A DNA stretch of 64,000 bases, taken from contig UYFQ01000001.1 in assembly GCA_900617105.1 (NCBI GenBank), positions 186,001 to 250,000 on the forward strand. Direction: 5' to 3'. Origin of the DNA: Hydrurus foetidus. Lineage: Eukaryota. Positions 51,837 to 62,559 of this stretch are shown one piece after another. A model generated the notes under the pieces. The model was not told where the DNA came from and did not search any database. It saw only the letters and a program-made list of their open reading frames with translations. Made by a program: the position numbers and the translations under genes. Numbering within the stretch: position 1 is the first letter of the stretch; every line of letters starts with the position of its first letter.

Positions 51837-52752
51837 GCCGTGCCCGCACCGCAACGGGGTCATTGCGGTAGCTTTCCACCCCATCCCAGCGTAAATTGCA
51901 GATGCGGTCAGCCCTGGCCGCAGCGGCTTGCGAGTGCGTCACCAACACCACCGAGGTGCCGTGTTCTCGGGCTTGGGCGCTCAGCACGTCCATCACCTTC
52001 GCGGCGGTAGTGGGGTCTAAATTGCCGGTGGGTTCATCGGCCAGCAGCAGCTTGGGGCGGTGAATCAGTGCCCTGGCGATGGCCACGCGCTGGAGCTGCC
52101 CGCCCGAGAGTTGCTGCGGCAGGCGCTGGCCCAGACCTTCCAGGCCCACGGCGGCCAGCATCTCTGCCACGCGCGGGTCTTGCGACCACGGCGTTTTGCT
52201 TTTGAACGCGGTGCCCTCGTTCAGCAGCATCAGCGGCAGCGCGATATTTTGCGCCACATCCAAATGCGGCAGAACGTGGAAAGCTTGGAACACAAAACCC
52301 ACAGCGCTGCGGCGCAGCAAGGCGCGAGCGGTGTCGTCCATCGCACCCAAATCAGCCCCGGCCAGCAGCACGCTGCCCTCGTCCCAGCAGTCCAGGCCCG
52401 CCATGCAATTCAGTAAAGTGGATTTGCCCACGCCAGATTCGCCCACGATGGCGACAAACTCGCCCGGCTCGACGCGCAGGTTGACGTTAGAAAACACAGC
52501 CGTGTCGCCATAGCGCTTGGTCAGCCCCGATATGCGCAATGTCAGCGGGGGGAGGACTGAAGCGGCGGGCGTTGGGGATTCAAGCTGTTCAATAGGCTGA
52601 ACTGCCGCTGGAATCGGGGGCTGAGCCTGACCTCGTGGCGACGACGAGGGGGCCGGTGGTGGCCCCGCGCTATCGAACGGGTGTTCTTGGCTGTAGGGGG
52701 TGTAGGGTGGCGGATTGGGGTCAATCCGCCGGGTGCCGGGCAGTGGGTGCAT
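51814..52752 (-). CDS. LolD/YbbA-like ABC ATPase with Pro-rich N-terminal extension (start uncertain)
   Basis: GESGVGKST, LSGGQLQR, ADEPTGNLD. Confidence 0.88.
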   Translation of the reverse strand: MHPLPGTRRIDPNPPPYTPYSQEHPFDSAGPPPAPSSSPRGQAQPPIPAAVQPIEQLESPTPAASVLPPLTLRISGLTKRYGDTAVFSNVNLRVEPGEFVAIVGESGVGKSTLLNCMAGLDCWDEGSVLLAGADLGAMDDTARALLRRSAVGFVFQAFHVLPHLDVAQNIALPLMLLNEGTAFKSKTPWSQDPRVAEMLAAVGLEGLGQRLPQQLSGGQLQRVAIARALIHRPKLLLADEPTGNLDPTTAAKVMDVLSAQAREHGTSVVLVTHSQAAAARADRICNLRWDGVESYRNDPVAVRARPRRPRSP

Positions 52753-52806
52753 GGGTGAATGATAGCCCGGCCTGTCGGTGGTGGTGGCTGTGGGGCTGGA
52801 CGTGGA

Positions 52807-54267
52807 TCAGTCCTTGCGCCACTTGGCCAGCCAGTGTTCCATCAGCTTGCCAGCGGCTTCGCGCCCACCCAGGCCAAACGACAGCGCCACGGCCACGGCC
52901 ACCGCGCCAAAGGTCAGGCCAAACGCCATTTGCACGATCTCATTGGCAATGCCCATCGCCCGCAGGCCCATCGCAATCACCAAGCCCAAAATCGCCAGCC
53001 GGGCGATGCCCGCCAAGCCTGCGCTGTGGGTGCTGTCGGCCCGTGCGATGGCACCATAGGTCAAGTTCGAGAGCCACACACCAATTACCATGATGGCGCT
53101 GCCCAGCAGAATGTCGCCACCAAACTTGATGAACGCCGTCACGACATCACGCACTTGACCAAAGCCGAGTTGGTCCGCAGCTTCGGTGGTGGCGAACAGC
53201 ATGGCAAAGAACGTGACCAACCAAGCGGCCAGCTGTGAAGGGCGGCTGTCGCCCGACATCGCTTCACCAATGCCCAGCTTTTGCGGCAAGCTGTCCACGC
53301 CCGCGCTTTCCAATAGCGACGACAGCAGGCGGGAGGCAAAGCGGGCCACGTACCACGTCAGCAGCAAAATCACCGTAGCCGCCACGATTTGCGGCACAGC
53401 AGAGAGGATTTGCGTCAGCATTTGCGTGGCAGGGCGCGAGATGGCTTCAATCTTGAGCGAATCCAGCGCCGCAATCAGCGAAGGGATGAAAACAAAGATG
53501 AACGCCAAATTGCCTGCCAGTGCGGAGAGGCGCACCGCGTTGTCCAGCCCTACGCGCTCGTTCAGGCGATCCGTGCCCGCAGCGGCCAGCAGGTTCGTGA
53601 CCAAACCGCGCAGCACCCGCGCCACCAAGTAACCCACGCCGCCAATCAGCAAGGCGCCCACGCCGTTGGGCACCATGTCGAGCAGCTTGTCCACCATGTG
53701 GGTGACGGGCTGCAACAGGCCGTTCAGACGGAAGGCGTTCAGGATGGCGGGCAGGAACATCAAAATCACGATCCAAAACAGCACATTGCCCGCATTGCGG
53801 CTCATCGGTGCCATGCCTGCCTCGGTGGAGAGTTTTTCGTCCAAATTCGTCGCGCTCAAGGCCCGCACTGCCAGCGCCCGCAGTACCGTGGCCAGCAACC
53901 AGCCCACCAGCGACAGCACCACGCCCGCGAGCAAGCTGGGCAGGTAGCCCATCACATCGCCCATCAGCTTGGCAAACGGGTTGCTGATGAGAGAGAGGTT
54001 CAGCACATTGAGCACGGCAATCAGCGTGCCCAGCAGCACCAGCCAAAACACGCCCACCGCCACTGGGGATTCGGCATCCAGCCGCGCCCCGGTGCTTTCT
54101 TCGATGCGGGTGTTGACTTTGAGCAGTGTCAGCATGCGCTTGACGCCTGCGCGGGCTGCAACAGCGATCAACCAGCCAAGCACCAACACGGCGACAGCGC
54201 CCAGTATTTGGGGGATATGCGTACCCAGCGAGCTTTGCAGGGCCGTGGCAAAAGCGGAAAGATCCAT
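52807..54267 (-). CDS. CmpX-like TM-helix repeat / mechanosensitive channel-associated membrane protein
   Basis: Repeated xPxxxxAxxxLxxGW helices; FGLGGREAA C-terminus. Confidence 0.85.
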   Translation of the reverse strand: MDLSAFATALQSSLGTHIPQILGAVAVLVLGWLIAVAARAGVKRMLTLLKVNTRIEESTGARLDAESPVAVGVFWLVLLGTLIAVLNVLNLSLISNPFAKLMGDVMGYLPSLLAGVVLSLVGWLLATVLRALAVRALSATNLDEKLSTEAGMAPMSRNAGNVLFWIVILMFLPAILNAFRLNGLLQPVTHMVDKLLDMVPNGVGALLIGGVGYLVARVLRGLVTNLLAAAGTDRLNERVGLDNAVRLSALAGNLAFIFVFIPSLIAALDSLKIEAISRPATQMLTQILSAVPQIVAATVILLLTWYVARFASRLLSSLLESAGVDSLPQKLGIGEAMSGDSRPSQLAAWLVTFFAMLFATTEAADQLGFGQVRDVVTAFIKFGGDILLGSAIMVIGVWLSNLTYGAIARADSTHSAGLAGIARLAILGLVIAMGLRAMGIANEIVQMAFGLTFGAVAVAVALSFGLGGREAAGKLMEHWLAKWRKD

Positions 54268-54500
54268 GGGAAGTCCTCCTAAAAGAAGTGGTTGGTGTGA
54301 ATGCGCTTGTCAACGCGAGGGCACTTGGCTCACGCGAAGGCGCATGCAATTCTTACACCAGCCTGTGACAGATTCAAGCTAGGGAAAGCACAGGTTTTCT
54401 GCCATGAATGTGTTGGCGAAGTGTGTTGGATGGGCGCTGTTTGCGGAATGCAGCCATGCATAGCGCTTATTTTCTGACCCGTGCCAGCGGTAGCTGATGC

Positions 54501-54797
54501 TTACAAAAAATCTTGTTCTCGGAAGTGCCTTATCCGCAGAATGATGACAACGTCACCGCCCTTTTCGTGCTGGTAGCGCACAAGGTAGCCCGAAGCGCCG
54601 AATTTGATTTTCAGGTCGTATTGAAAGGGGCGATCTTCTACAGGTTTGTGAATCCCGGCTTTGGTGGCGAGGGCGCTTATCTCCATTTGAATGGCTTTCG
54701 TCGCACGTGCCCATGCTTCGGGATTTTTTCCGATCAAAAATTCCCGAACATGCTCAAGATCATGAAGAGACTCGGGGGTAAAGGCTATACGTGGCAT
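54501..54797 (-). CDS. ParE/RelE family toxin
   Basis: FTPESLHDL, FGASGYLVRY, ILRIRHFRE. Confidence 0.85.
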   Translation of the reverse strand: MPRIAFTPESLHDLEHVREFLIGKNPEAWARATKAIQMEISALATKAGIHKPVEDRPFQYDLKIKFGASGYLVRYQHEKGGDVVIILRIRHFREQDFL

Positions 54798-55076
54798 GGT
54801 GGCTTGGGCAATTCGTTCGGCGTGCCCCAAGAGTCAAGCCATGCAAAGACCTCTGCCTGGGTAGCGTGCAGTCCTGTTTCTTGGTAGTTTTGCCAAGCGT
54901 CGTCCGCATCACGATTGAACTGAATACGTGCAAGTTCCGTTTGCACATAGTGCTCCACAGCCTCACGAACGAGTGCATGGGCATGGTCGCTTTTTGATGC
55001 TCGCCAATGACTTGAGATTCTCTCGGACGGCACTTGAGAGTTTGAGCGACATAGGCGCGGTTGCAGTGATGGCCAT
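54785..55076 (-). pseudogene. CopG/RHH antitoxin with a +1 frameshift near 54985
   Basis: MAITATAPMSLKLSSAVRENLKSLASIKKR in one frame, AHALVREAV...WLDSWGT in the next; 292 bp total. Confidence 0.8.
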
Positions 55077-55326
55077 AAGGTGAAGACGCTGGTGAAAGGT
55101 AATACCCAGTATCTCGAAGCACGCCTAAAGTCGCACAATGTACAACTGTCTAAGCCAGCCCGTTGCAGCAGCCAGCGTCGCTCAGGCGGTGGTCGTGGAA
55201 ACGCTCCGTCTCGCAGCCGCTAAATTAATACTTCGCCTCTACGGCAGTTGCAAAAGCCGTAGAGGCAGCGTGGTCAGCACGCTCGGCATGACTGCGCTAG
55301 TTAAGGTGCCAACCTCGTTCAATAAC

Positions 55327-56034
55327 CTATTCCCAGGCCTTATGAAGGGTGAACGTCAGCGAGTTTGCGGTGTATGCCATAACGTTAAGAATCACGCCGT
55401 TCAGTGAAATTTGTGCTGGAACTGCATCGACTTTTGCCAGCAAGGGCTTCGCCTTGCTGGGTGAATCCAATGAAATTTCATAAAGCTTTTCGGTGAAAAA
55501 GAGGTTGCCGTTTTGTGAACCCTCAAAAACTAACTCTCTCTTGAGCGGCTTACCACCAGCAATCACCGGCACTTCCGTGCCAACATAGTCAATGGGTGGG
55601 GTTAAGTCTTTCGTAAACCAATAAGACCCAGGCGCAGCTTTGATCTGGCCAAACTTTCCTTTTTCTGCTGGAACAAAGCATGCCTTAGCAAGTGGCCCCG
55701 TCAATGGATCGGAATATACGTTGCGAAGTGTGCAGAAGGTGTTTCCACCATCCAAATCGGCTTCTGCCAGTGCGTCTTCGGTCGACACGTTGATTTTGCC
55801 AAGCATAAATCCCATGGATAAAGGCCGTGTCAATCGAAACGCGAAGCGACTCATGTAGTCTGCACGCAAGTGAACCAACCCACCGTTCACAACATGAATT
55901 TGCTGGCCTTCCTTGGGAAAGGTCACGTTTTTTTGTTGTGGGGCGCTATCGCCCTTGACTATCGGTTTGGCCGCGCAGCCCGCTAGGACTGCAATGCTGG
56001 TAACGATGATCAGGGTTGAGATCGATGTTTTCAT
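55327..56034 (-). CDS. Hypothetical lipoprotein
   Basis: MKTSISTLIIVTSIAVLAGC lipobox; lower GC than backbone. Confidence 0.8.
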   Translation of the reverse strand: MKTSISTLIIVTSIAVLAGCAAKPIVKGDSAPQQKNVTFPKEGQQIHVVNGGLVHLRADYMSRFAFRLTRPLSMGFMLGKINVSTEDALAEADLDGGNTFCTLRNVYSDPLTGPLAKACFVPAEKGKFGQIKAAPGSYWFTKDLTPPIDYVGTEVPVIAGGKPLKRELVFEGSQNGNLFFTEKLYEISLDSPSKAKPLLAKVDAVPAQISLNGVILNVMAYTANSLTFTLHKAWE

Positions 56035-56491
56035 TTTTCGACTGTTCCTTCCATTTGTAGACATGAATTTTTTTCGAGTGTCATAAGCCCCACTCCCGGC
56101 ACACGGCAATTGACGTTAATGCCTGTGAGTTCATTGCTAACTACTGCACCTTCAGGTGCTTGAGAAATTGCACTGAGTTTTTTCAAAAACTGAAGCTTAT
56201 CCATTGCGCAATGTCCAACCGGTGCAGGGACAACTCCAGGCAACGTTACGCATTGCCCAATCGGGCGCGTAAATTCGTCGCCAGACTCGATCCGGACTTC
56301 CTTTATTTGCCCATCTAATGTGCGAATTCCATAGTTGAAAAGGAATCTGCTTGTAGGGCTTGAGTCTAGGCTTGAGCCAAGAAGTGCACCAAGCAATCCT
56401 GCTCCAAGTTGGGTCGTCGCGGAGTAGTTGTTTCTTGACCCACTGAAGGCCTTATCTATGTACATCGTTTGAGCCAAGGCACCGCCTAGCG
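56031..56491 (-). pseudogene. 5'-truncated glycine-zipper protein
   Basis: LGAGLLGALLGS zipper; 5' end cut at the IS end. Confidence 0.6.
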
Positions 56492-57900
56492 CATCTCGTT
56501 ATACACAAATCCCCTGAGCCAGAAGCTCCCGTGAGAACCTGATCCCAGCAGCGAAGTCAATGATGCGCTGCATACCCAGCCAGATGGTTTTGACACCCGG
56601 CTCCCCATCCCCTTTGCGTGCCAAGAAACCACCCAGACGAGCGACCAGTCGAACCACTTCATTCAGGGTGGGCGGCTTGTCCGGTATCTTTTCTTTGTTC
56701 AGGATGTAGGCGGCCTTCCATTCATCCGCCTCAAACATGAGTGCCGCATCCATTTCCGGGCAACTGCGCCCCAGTCGCATCAGCCGCGCAATACGCCACG
56801 CGACGATCATGTACATCACCACCGCACGCTCGATCCTGTCAATGTCGCCCAGCTGCAATGCCTCCACGTGGCAACCGTTCTTGAGGACATGGAAGAACAT
56901 CTCTATCTCCCAGCGGGCGCGGTACCAGTCGATCATCTCGGTGGCCTGTGCCAGTGTGGCCACGTCCCGGTTGGTCAGCAGTCGCCATTCGATGGCCGTC
57001 TGTCCCGCTGGTGGTGTCATCTCGCGTGCCACGATGCAGCTGGCTGTGACAAAGCCGCCTTTGCCGTCGCGCAGTTGCACGGTTTTAGCCCACACCTGTT
57101 GCTCTACCTCGCGGGTGGCTTTGCCCTGTCGCGCAGGCATGGTGAAACGGATCGTGCCCAGGGCTTGGGTGGCCGTTACTTGGGGCCACAGTTTGGCTCC
57201 CGCCCCCAGTGCGCGGTTGTGTTTGGAGCGCACCAGCCAGTCCACCGGGGTTTGGAGTTCGCGGGCACGCACCATTAACTCCATGATGTCGGCCTCGCGG
57301 TCTGCCAAGTACACCAGTCGGGTAAGGGGCAGCAGCGGGGCTATCTCGGCCAGGCGTTCGTAGCCTTCTGTCCAGCGCAAACTCTCGCTGACTCCGGGGC
57401 GTGTGCCGTCAGCATTTTTTGCCTTGCGTGCCCACATCCATGCGTCCAGCACGCCCAGCGGTTCGCGGGTGGTAGAAATGGCGTAGGTGGGGTGCAGGTA
57501 CATGCCGCGCTGTGGGGCGTAGCTCAGGGGTCCCAGTCCCGCAGCTTGTTGGCCGTTGAAGTCGAGTTCGGTGGTGTCTTGGATGCACAGCACGACGGGG
57601 TGCGCCGCCATACGGGTCATGCTGCTTTGGACGTGGGGCTCCAAGATGTCAGTCCATTCGAAGGCATCGTTGTCGAAGAAGCGGTACGCCCCCAAGGTGT
57701 CGGCCCAGTCCCCGCAGGCTTGGGGATGCTACCGGTGGGCATCGCGCTGAAGCCTTCCATCATCTTGATTGCACGTTTGTTGCGCCTCTTGTCGCCCAAA
57801 TCCATCGTCTCAAACTCCCTTTTTGCCCAGTTCACTTGTGTTTCATGCTATTAAATTCGCAGCATACCTTAGGCTCGGGAGAGTTGTGTATAACGAGATG
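56492..57900 (-). mobile_element. IS4 family (IS50/Tn5-like) element, transposase frameshifted near 57720
   Basis: Perfect 17-bp IR CATCTCGTTATACACAA; LGDKRRNKR, IQDTTEL, ADREAD, YRARWEIEMFFHVLK. Confidence 0.92.
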
Positions 57901-58108
57901 GGTTGAGCCTACGCTTCGCAAGGAAATTGCCACTTCTTATGCTTTATGGCTTTACCAGCAAGATCGGGTGACTTTGGCCAAGGCTGCAGAACTGGCTGGG
58001 CTGGATCTTTATGACTTCATGCAGGTCTGCAAACAAAATCGCATTGCGGTTATTGACGTTAGTCGAATGGATTTGGAAGAAGAGCTCAGCGGGTTCACGG
58101 CAGCATGA
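57901..58108 (+). pseudogene. 5'-truncated UPF0175 family antitoxin
   Basis: LYQQDRVTLAKAAELAGL; begins at the IS end. Confidence 0.75.
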
Positions 58109-58245
58109 TTCTGATAGCCGATACATCTGCTTTGATCGCCTTGTCAGCATGCGACAGCCTTGCCCTGCTGGATGGTATTTTCAGTGAGGTGTGGGTGTCG
58201 GAGGCGGTACGCGCTTCTTCAAACGGCTCTCGATTCGGCTGGTGA
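58105..58245 (+). pseudogene. N-terminal fragment of DUF3368 / PIN-domain toxin
   Basis: Manual translation MILIADTSALIALSACDSLALLDGIFSEVWVSEAV, then early stop; ATGA overlap with UPF0175. Confidence 0.75.
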
Positions 58246-58292
58246 ATGAGGGAGCATTTCGGGCAGAGGCCGAGGGGAGCCTTTACCGTGCG

Positions 58293-59264
58293 TCATCCGT
58301 AGCTGTGAAGTCCAGCCCAATCCGTTGCAGCAGCCAGCACATCCTCACCATCGCACGCCACCACATGCCGCTCGGGCATGGAGCGCAGCCAAGTGATTTG
58401 GCGTTTGGCGAGTTGACGGGTGGCGATGATGCCGCGTTCGCGCAGCTCGGCCATGGGCAAGCTGCCGTCGAGCGCTTCCCAGGCTTGGCGGTAGCCTACG
58501 CAGCGCATGGACGGCAAATCGGGGTGCAGATCGCCACGTTGGCGCAGCGCTTTGACTTCGTCCATGAAGCCTGAATCCAGCATTGCGTCAAAGCGTTGGG
58601 CGATGCGCTGGTGCAGCCATGCACGGTCTGTGGGTTCTAAAGAAATAAGCCGGTATGCGCAGGCTGTATCTGCATCAGCAGCTATGGTTTTTACAGTGAA
58701 AAAACTGGACATGGGCTGACCGGTCAGCAAATAGACCTCCAGTGCCCGCTGAATGCGTTGGCTGTCATTAGGGGGCAAGCGGGCGGCGGTGGGGGGGTCT
58801 ACGCGGGCCAGCTCGGCGTGCAGGGCGGGCCAGCCCTCGGCGAGGCCACGGGCACTCAGCGTGGCACGCAGGGTGGCGTCGGCACGGGGCAGGTCGTCGA
58901 TACCGTCCATCAGCGCTTTGAAGTACAGCATGGTGCCACCCACCAGCAAGGGGATGGCACCTCGGGCGCGGATCTCGGCGATCAGGCGCTGTGCATCGGC
59001 CACAAATTCGGCGGCGCTGTAGGCTTGCAGCGGGTCGCGGATGTCGATCAGGTGGTGGGGCACGTCGTGCATCTCTTGGGCGCTGGGTTTGGCGGTGCCA
59101 ATGTCCATGTGCCGGTAGACCAGGGCGGAATCGACGCTGATGATTTCGGTTTTCAGGCCGCGTGCCGCCCAGTGCGCGGCCAGTGCCATAGACAACGCTG
59201 ATTTGCCGCTGGCGGTGGGGCCGGCAATGCCCAACCAAGGGTGTTTGGGGGGTGTTTTTACCAT
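58293..59264 (-). CDS. miaA: tRNA dimethylallyltransferase
   Basis: [35 protein letters not shown]. Confidence 0.97.
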   Translation of the reverse strand: MVKTPPKHPWLGIAGPTASGKSALSMALAAHWAARGLKTEIISVDSALVYRHMDIGTAKPSAQEMHDVPHHLIDIRDPLQAYSAAEFVADAQRLIAEIRARGAIPLLVGGTMLYFKALMDGIDDLPRADATLRATLSARGLAEGWPALHAELARVDPPTAARLPPNDSQRIQRALEVYLLTGQPMSSFFTVKTIAADADTACAYRLISLEPTDRAWLHQRIAQRFDAMLDSGFMDEVKALRQRGDLHPDLPSMRCVGYRQAWEALDGSLPMAELRERGIIATRQLAKRQITWLRSMPERHVVACDGEDVLAAATDWAGLHSYG

Positions 59265-59278
59265 CGTCTCGTCATTTT

Positions 59279-60529
59279 TTATCGTTGTGTTGGCGCATTA
59301 CCGCTTATGGGGTGTGCTACGGCAGCTATTGTTTTAGGAGTTGCTCCGTACTTGCCCACCAGCACCCAGGCAGAGAACGCGATGCAGGCGCTCCAGAACC
59401 AGATACCCAGCACCAGCGGCCACACGGTGCCGTCGATATGGGTGCCCAGCCAGCCACCCATCGCGAAGGCGGCCAGCATCATGATGAAGCCGTTCAGCGC
59501 CGATGCGGTGCCTGCTGCGTGGGGGAAAGGCCCCACCGCGCCACTTTGGCTGCACGGCTGGTGGATGCCGTGGCCCAGCATGAACAGGAAAAGCGGCAGC
59601 ATGATGGCCCAACCGTTGTGCAACCCCGCGTAAGCCAGCGCCGCCATCACGCTGCCCCCCGTCAGGCTCAGCACGCCCGCTACTGCCACCGCACGCGGCA
59701 CGCCCAAACGGGGCACCAGTCGCCGGCACAGCAGGGTGCCCAGGATGTAGACGAACGACATGGAAAACATCACCAGCCCGTACTGTGTCTTGCTGTACCC
59801 CAGCACCTTGATGAAGACGAACGAGGACGATGCCAAGAACGTGAACAGCCCTCCATACGAGGACGCTGCCAAGGCCGAGAACGCCAAAAACGTGGGGTTG
59901 GCCATGATGGCTCGCCATTGCCGCGCCAAGCGCAGTGGCTCCAGCGCCTGGGGGTTCACGGCCCGGATGCTTTCTTTGAACTTGAGCGCGATCAGCCCCA
60001 GCGTACCGGCCCCGAACACCGCCAGCGTCAGCATCGCCACCCGCCAGCCCAGCAAATCGGACAGCAACCCGCCCAGCGGCGCGCTCAGGCAGGCAATCAC
60101 GCCCAGACCAGAGAGCCCTTTGGACATGGCATTGGCCCCGGCCACCGGTTCGTACAAATCGCGTACCAGCGCCCGCGCGCACATCACGCCCGCGCCCATC
60201 GCGATGCCCTGCACCACGCGAACGCCAATCAGCCACGGCATGGACGGCGCAAACACAATGGCGATGGACGCGAGCGTGTACAGCCCCATGCCCCACAGCA
60301 ACACCGGGCGGCGGCCAAAGCGGTCAGACAGCGGCCCCCACACCAGCTGCGAGAGGCCAAACGCCAGCAGCAGGGCCGTCAGCGTGAGCTGCGTTTGCGC
60401 CATGCTGGCCCCAAAGCCTTCGCTCAAAGCGGGCAGAGCAGGCAGGTAGAAATCGGTGGTGATAGGTTGTAAGCCGAGCAGCAGTGCGAGGATCAAGACG
60501 ACGAGAGAGGTTGGCATGGGGTAGGTCAT
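59279..60529 (-). CDS. Bcr/CflA family MFS efflux transporter
   Basis: [21 protein letters not shown]. Confidence 0.93.
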   Translation of the reverse strand: MTYPMPTSLVVLILALLLGLQPITTDFYLPALPALSEGFGASMAQTQLTLTALLLAFGLSQLVWGPLSDRFGRRPVLLWGMGLYTLASIAIVFAPSMPWLIGVRVVQGIAMGAGVMCARALVRDLYEPVAGANAMSKGLSGLGVIACLSAPLGGLLSDLLGWRVAMLTLAVFGAGTLGLIALKFKESIRAVNPQALEPLRLARQWRAIMANPTFLAFSALAASSYGGLFTFLASSSFVFIKVLGYSKTQYGLVMFSMSFVYILGTLLCRRLVPRLGVPRAVAVAGVLSLTGGSVMAALAYAGLHNGWAIMLPLFLFMLGHGIHQPCSQSGAVGPFPHAAGTASALNGFIMMLAAFAMGGWLGTHIDGTVWPLVLGIWFWSACIAFSAWVLVGKYGATPKTIAAVAHPISGNAPTQR

Positions 60530-60581
60530 TGTTTCGGGTGAGGGCAAAGGTGGTGGTGACCGACATAAGAGCGATGTTGAT

Positions 60582-62501
60582 CTACCGCCCCCGCATAAAC
60601 AAGCCATCCAACTCGCGCACGCTCATTTGCCGCCAAGTGGGCCGCCCGTGGTTGCATTGGTCAGAGCGGTCGGTGGCTTCCATTTGGCGCAGTAAGGCGT
60701 TCATTTCTTCGAGGGTCAGTTTGCGGTTGGCCCGCACCGCGCCGTGGCAGGCCATCGTACCCAGCAGCTCGTTGCGGGCGCGTTGGATCACGGTGCTGGC
60801 CTCGTGCATGCCGAGTTCGGCCAGCACGCTGCGGGCGAGTTCTACCGGGTCGCCATGGAACAGGCTGGTGGGCACGGCCCGCACAGCCAGGGTTTTGGGC
60901 GAAAAGGGCGTGACCTCCAAGCCCAGGGTGTGAAGGGTGTCCACATGGGCCTCAGCAGTGGCGACTTCTTGCGGGGATGCCGCAAAGGTGGCCGGGATCA
61001 GCAGCGGCTGGCTGGTTATGCTGTCCCCGTCGAGCTGTGTTTTAAGCCGCTCGTAGACGATGCGCTCGTGCGCTGCGTGCATGTCCACAATCACCAGCCC
61101 CTGCGCGTTTTCAGCCAAGATGTAAATACCGTGGAGCTGCGCTACGGCACGGCCCAACGGCCAGACGCTTTCTGTTGCTGATGGCTGAGCCACCGCGATG
61201 GCCTCATCTTCACTCCCTCTCCCCCTGGGAGAGGGCTGGGGGGAGGGCACCCCCCGCACCGGCCACATCGCCTCAAAATCCGCCAACTTGTCCGACACCC
61301 GATGCCCCGCTTCTGCAACTCCTAAAGGCATAGCGGTCTGCGCCCATCGCATCTGCGGTAAAGCCTGTTTGGGTTCCGAAATAACCGGCCCCGCTACCGG
61401 CATATCCAACAGCGCCGCGCCCTGGCTGCTGCGCGGCACCGCCAGCGCGTTTTCCACCGCGTGCCGCACCGCTTGATGCACCTCGCGCCCATCGCGAAAG
61501 CGCACCTCAATCTTGGTGGGGTGGACGTTCACATCCACCCGCGTCGGGTCGATCTCCACGTAGAGCACGTACACCGGTTGCCGCCCGCCGTGCAGCACGT
61601 CCTCATAGGCCGCCCGCGCCGCGTGGCTGATGACCTTGTCGCGCACAAACCGGCCATTCACGTAGGCGAACTGCTGGTCAGCCCGCGAGCGTGCCGCGTC
61701 CGGAATCCCCACCCGGCCATGCACGCGCACCGGGCCGTGGGTGTGTTCTACAGCGACGGACTGGGCTATGAAATCCTCACCCAGCACGTCGCTCAGGCGC
61801 TGCGCTGTGGACGATGTGGCTGCAGCAGAACCCTCCACAACCACCGCCCGCCATTGCTCCACCAACTTGCCTTCACTCCAAATCGCAAAACCCACCCCCG
61901 TGCGCACCAGCGCGTGGCGGCGCACGCTGTCGATGCAGTGGGCAAGTTCCGTCGCGTCTTTCTTCAAAAACTTGCGCCTCGCCGGGGTGCTGAAAAACAG
62001 CTCGCGCACCTCCACCGTGGTGCCCTGCGCCCGTGCAGCAGGGGTGAGTTCACCCGTCAAAGATTCCAACTGGTAAGCCGTGGTTTCGCCCACAGTGCGG
62101 GACAGTAATGCAGTGTCAGCTACAGAACTGATAGCGGCCAGCGCCTCGCCGCGAAATCCCATCGTGCCGACAGACTCCAAATCGGTCAGCGAGGTGATCT
62201 TGCTGGTGGCATGGCGTTTGAAGGCCATCGGCAGCTCATCACGTGGGATGCCGCCGCCATCGTCTTCCACACGTATGCTGCGCACACCACCGGCCAGCAG
62301 TCGCACGGTGATCTGCGTGGCCCCCGCGTCCAAGGCGTTGTCCACCAGCTCACGCACCACGGCGGCGGGGCGTTCGATCACCTCACCGGCTGCGATTTGG
62401 CTGATGAGTTCGTCGGGCAGCTCCCGTATGCTTTGGCGGGTAGCGGCACGGATGCCGGTGGGTGGAGTGAGGGGCTTGGTGGTGGGGCGGGGAGAAGACA
62501 C
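60582..62501 (-). CDS. mutL: DNA mismatch repair protein MutL
   Basis: IAAGEVIERP, GFRGEAL, DMHAAHER, CNHGRP. Confidence 0.97.
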   Translation of the reverse strand: MSSPRPTTKPLTPPTGIRAATRQSIRELPDELISQIAAGEVIERPAAVVRELVDNALDAGATQITVRLLAGGVRSIRVEDDGGGIPRDELPMAFKRHATSKITSLTDLESVGTMGFRGEALAAISSVADTALLSRTVGETTAYQLESLTGELTPAARAQGTTVEVRELFFSTPARRKFLKKDATELAHCIDSVRRHALVRTGVGFAIWSEGKLVEQWRAVVVEGSAAATSSTAQRLSDVLGEDFIAQSVAVEHTHGPVRVHGRVGIPDAARSRADQQFAYVNGRFVRDKVISHAARAAYEDVLHGGRQPVYVLYVEIDPTRVDVNVHPTKIEVRFRDGREVHQAVRHAVENALAVPRSSQGAALLDMPVAGPVISEPKQALPQMRWAQTAMPLGVAEAGHRVSDKLADFEAMWPVRGVPSPQPSPRGRGSEDEAIAVAQPSATESVWPLGRAVAQLHGIYILAENAQGLVIVDMHAAHERIVYERLKTQLDGDSITSQPLLIPATFAASPQEVATAEAHVDTLHTLGLEVTPFSPKTLAVRAVPTSLFHGDPVELARSVLAELGMHEASTVIQRARNELLGTMACHGAVRANRKLTLEEMNALLRQMEATDRSDQCNHGRPTWRQMSVRELDGLFMRGR

Positions 62502-62559
62502 GGCGAGGCAGCCTGGAGAAGGAGGGCTTTGATTTTAGGCCCGGTGATAATTCACGCCT

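Noticed and set aside
57715..57730. Programmed -1 frameshift in the IS4 transposase
   Set aside because: CCCCAAG is not a canonical slippery heptamer; a 1-bp deletion is simpler
57847..57863. GCTATTAAATTCGCAGC as another copy of the dispersed motif
   Set aside because: Imperfect core, no tail, inside the IS promoter region; not counted
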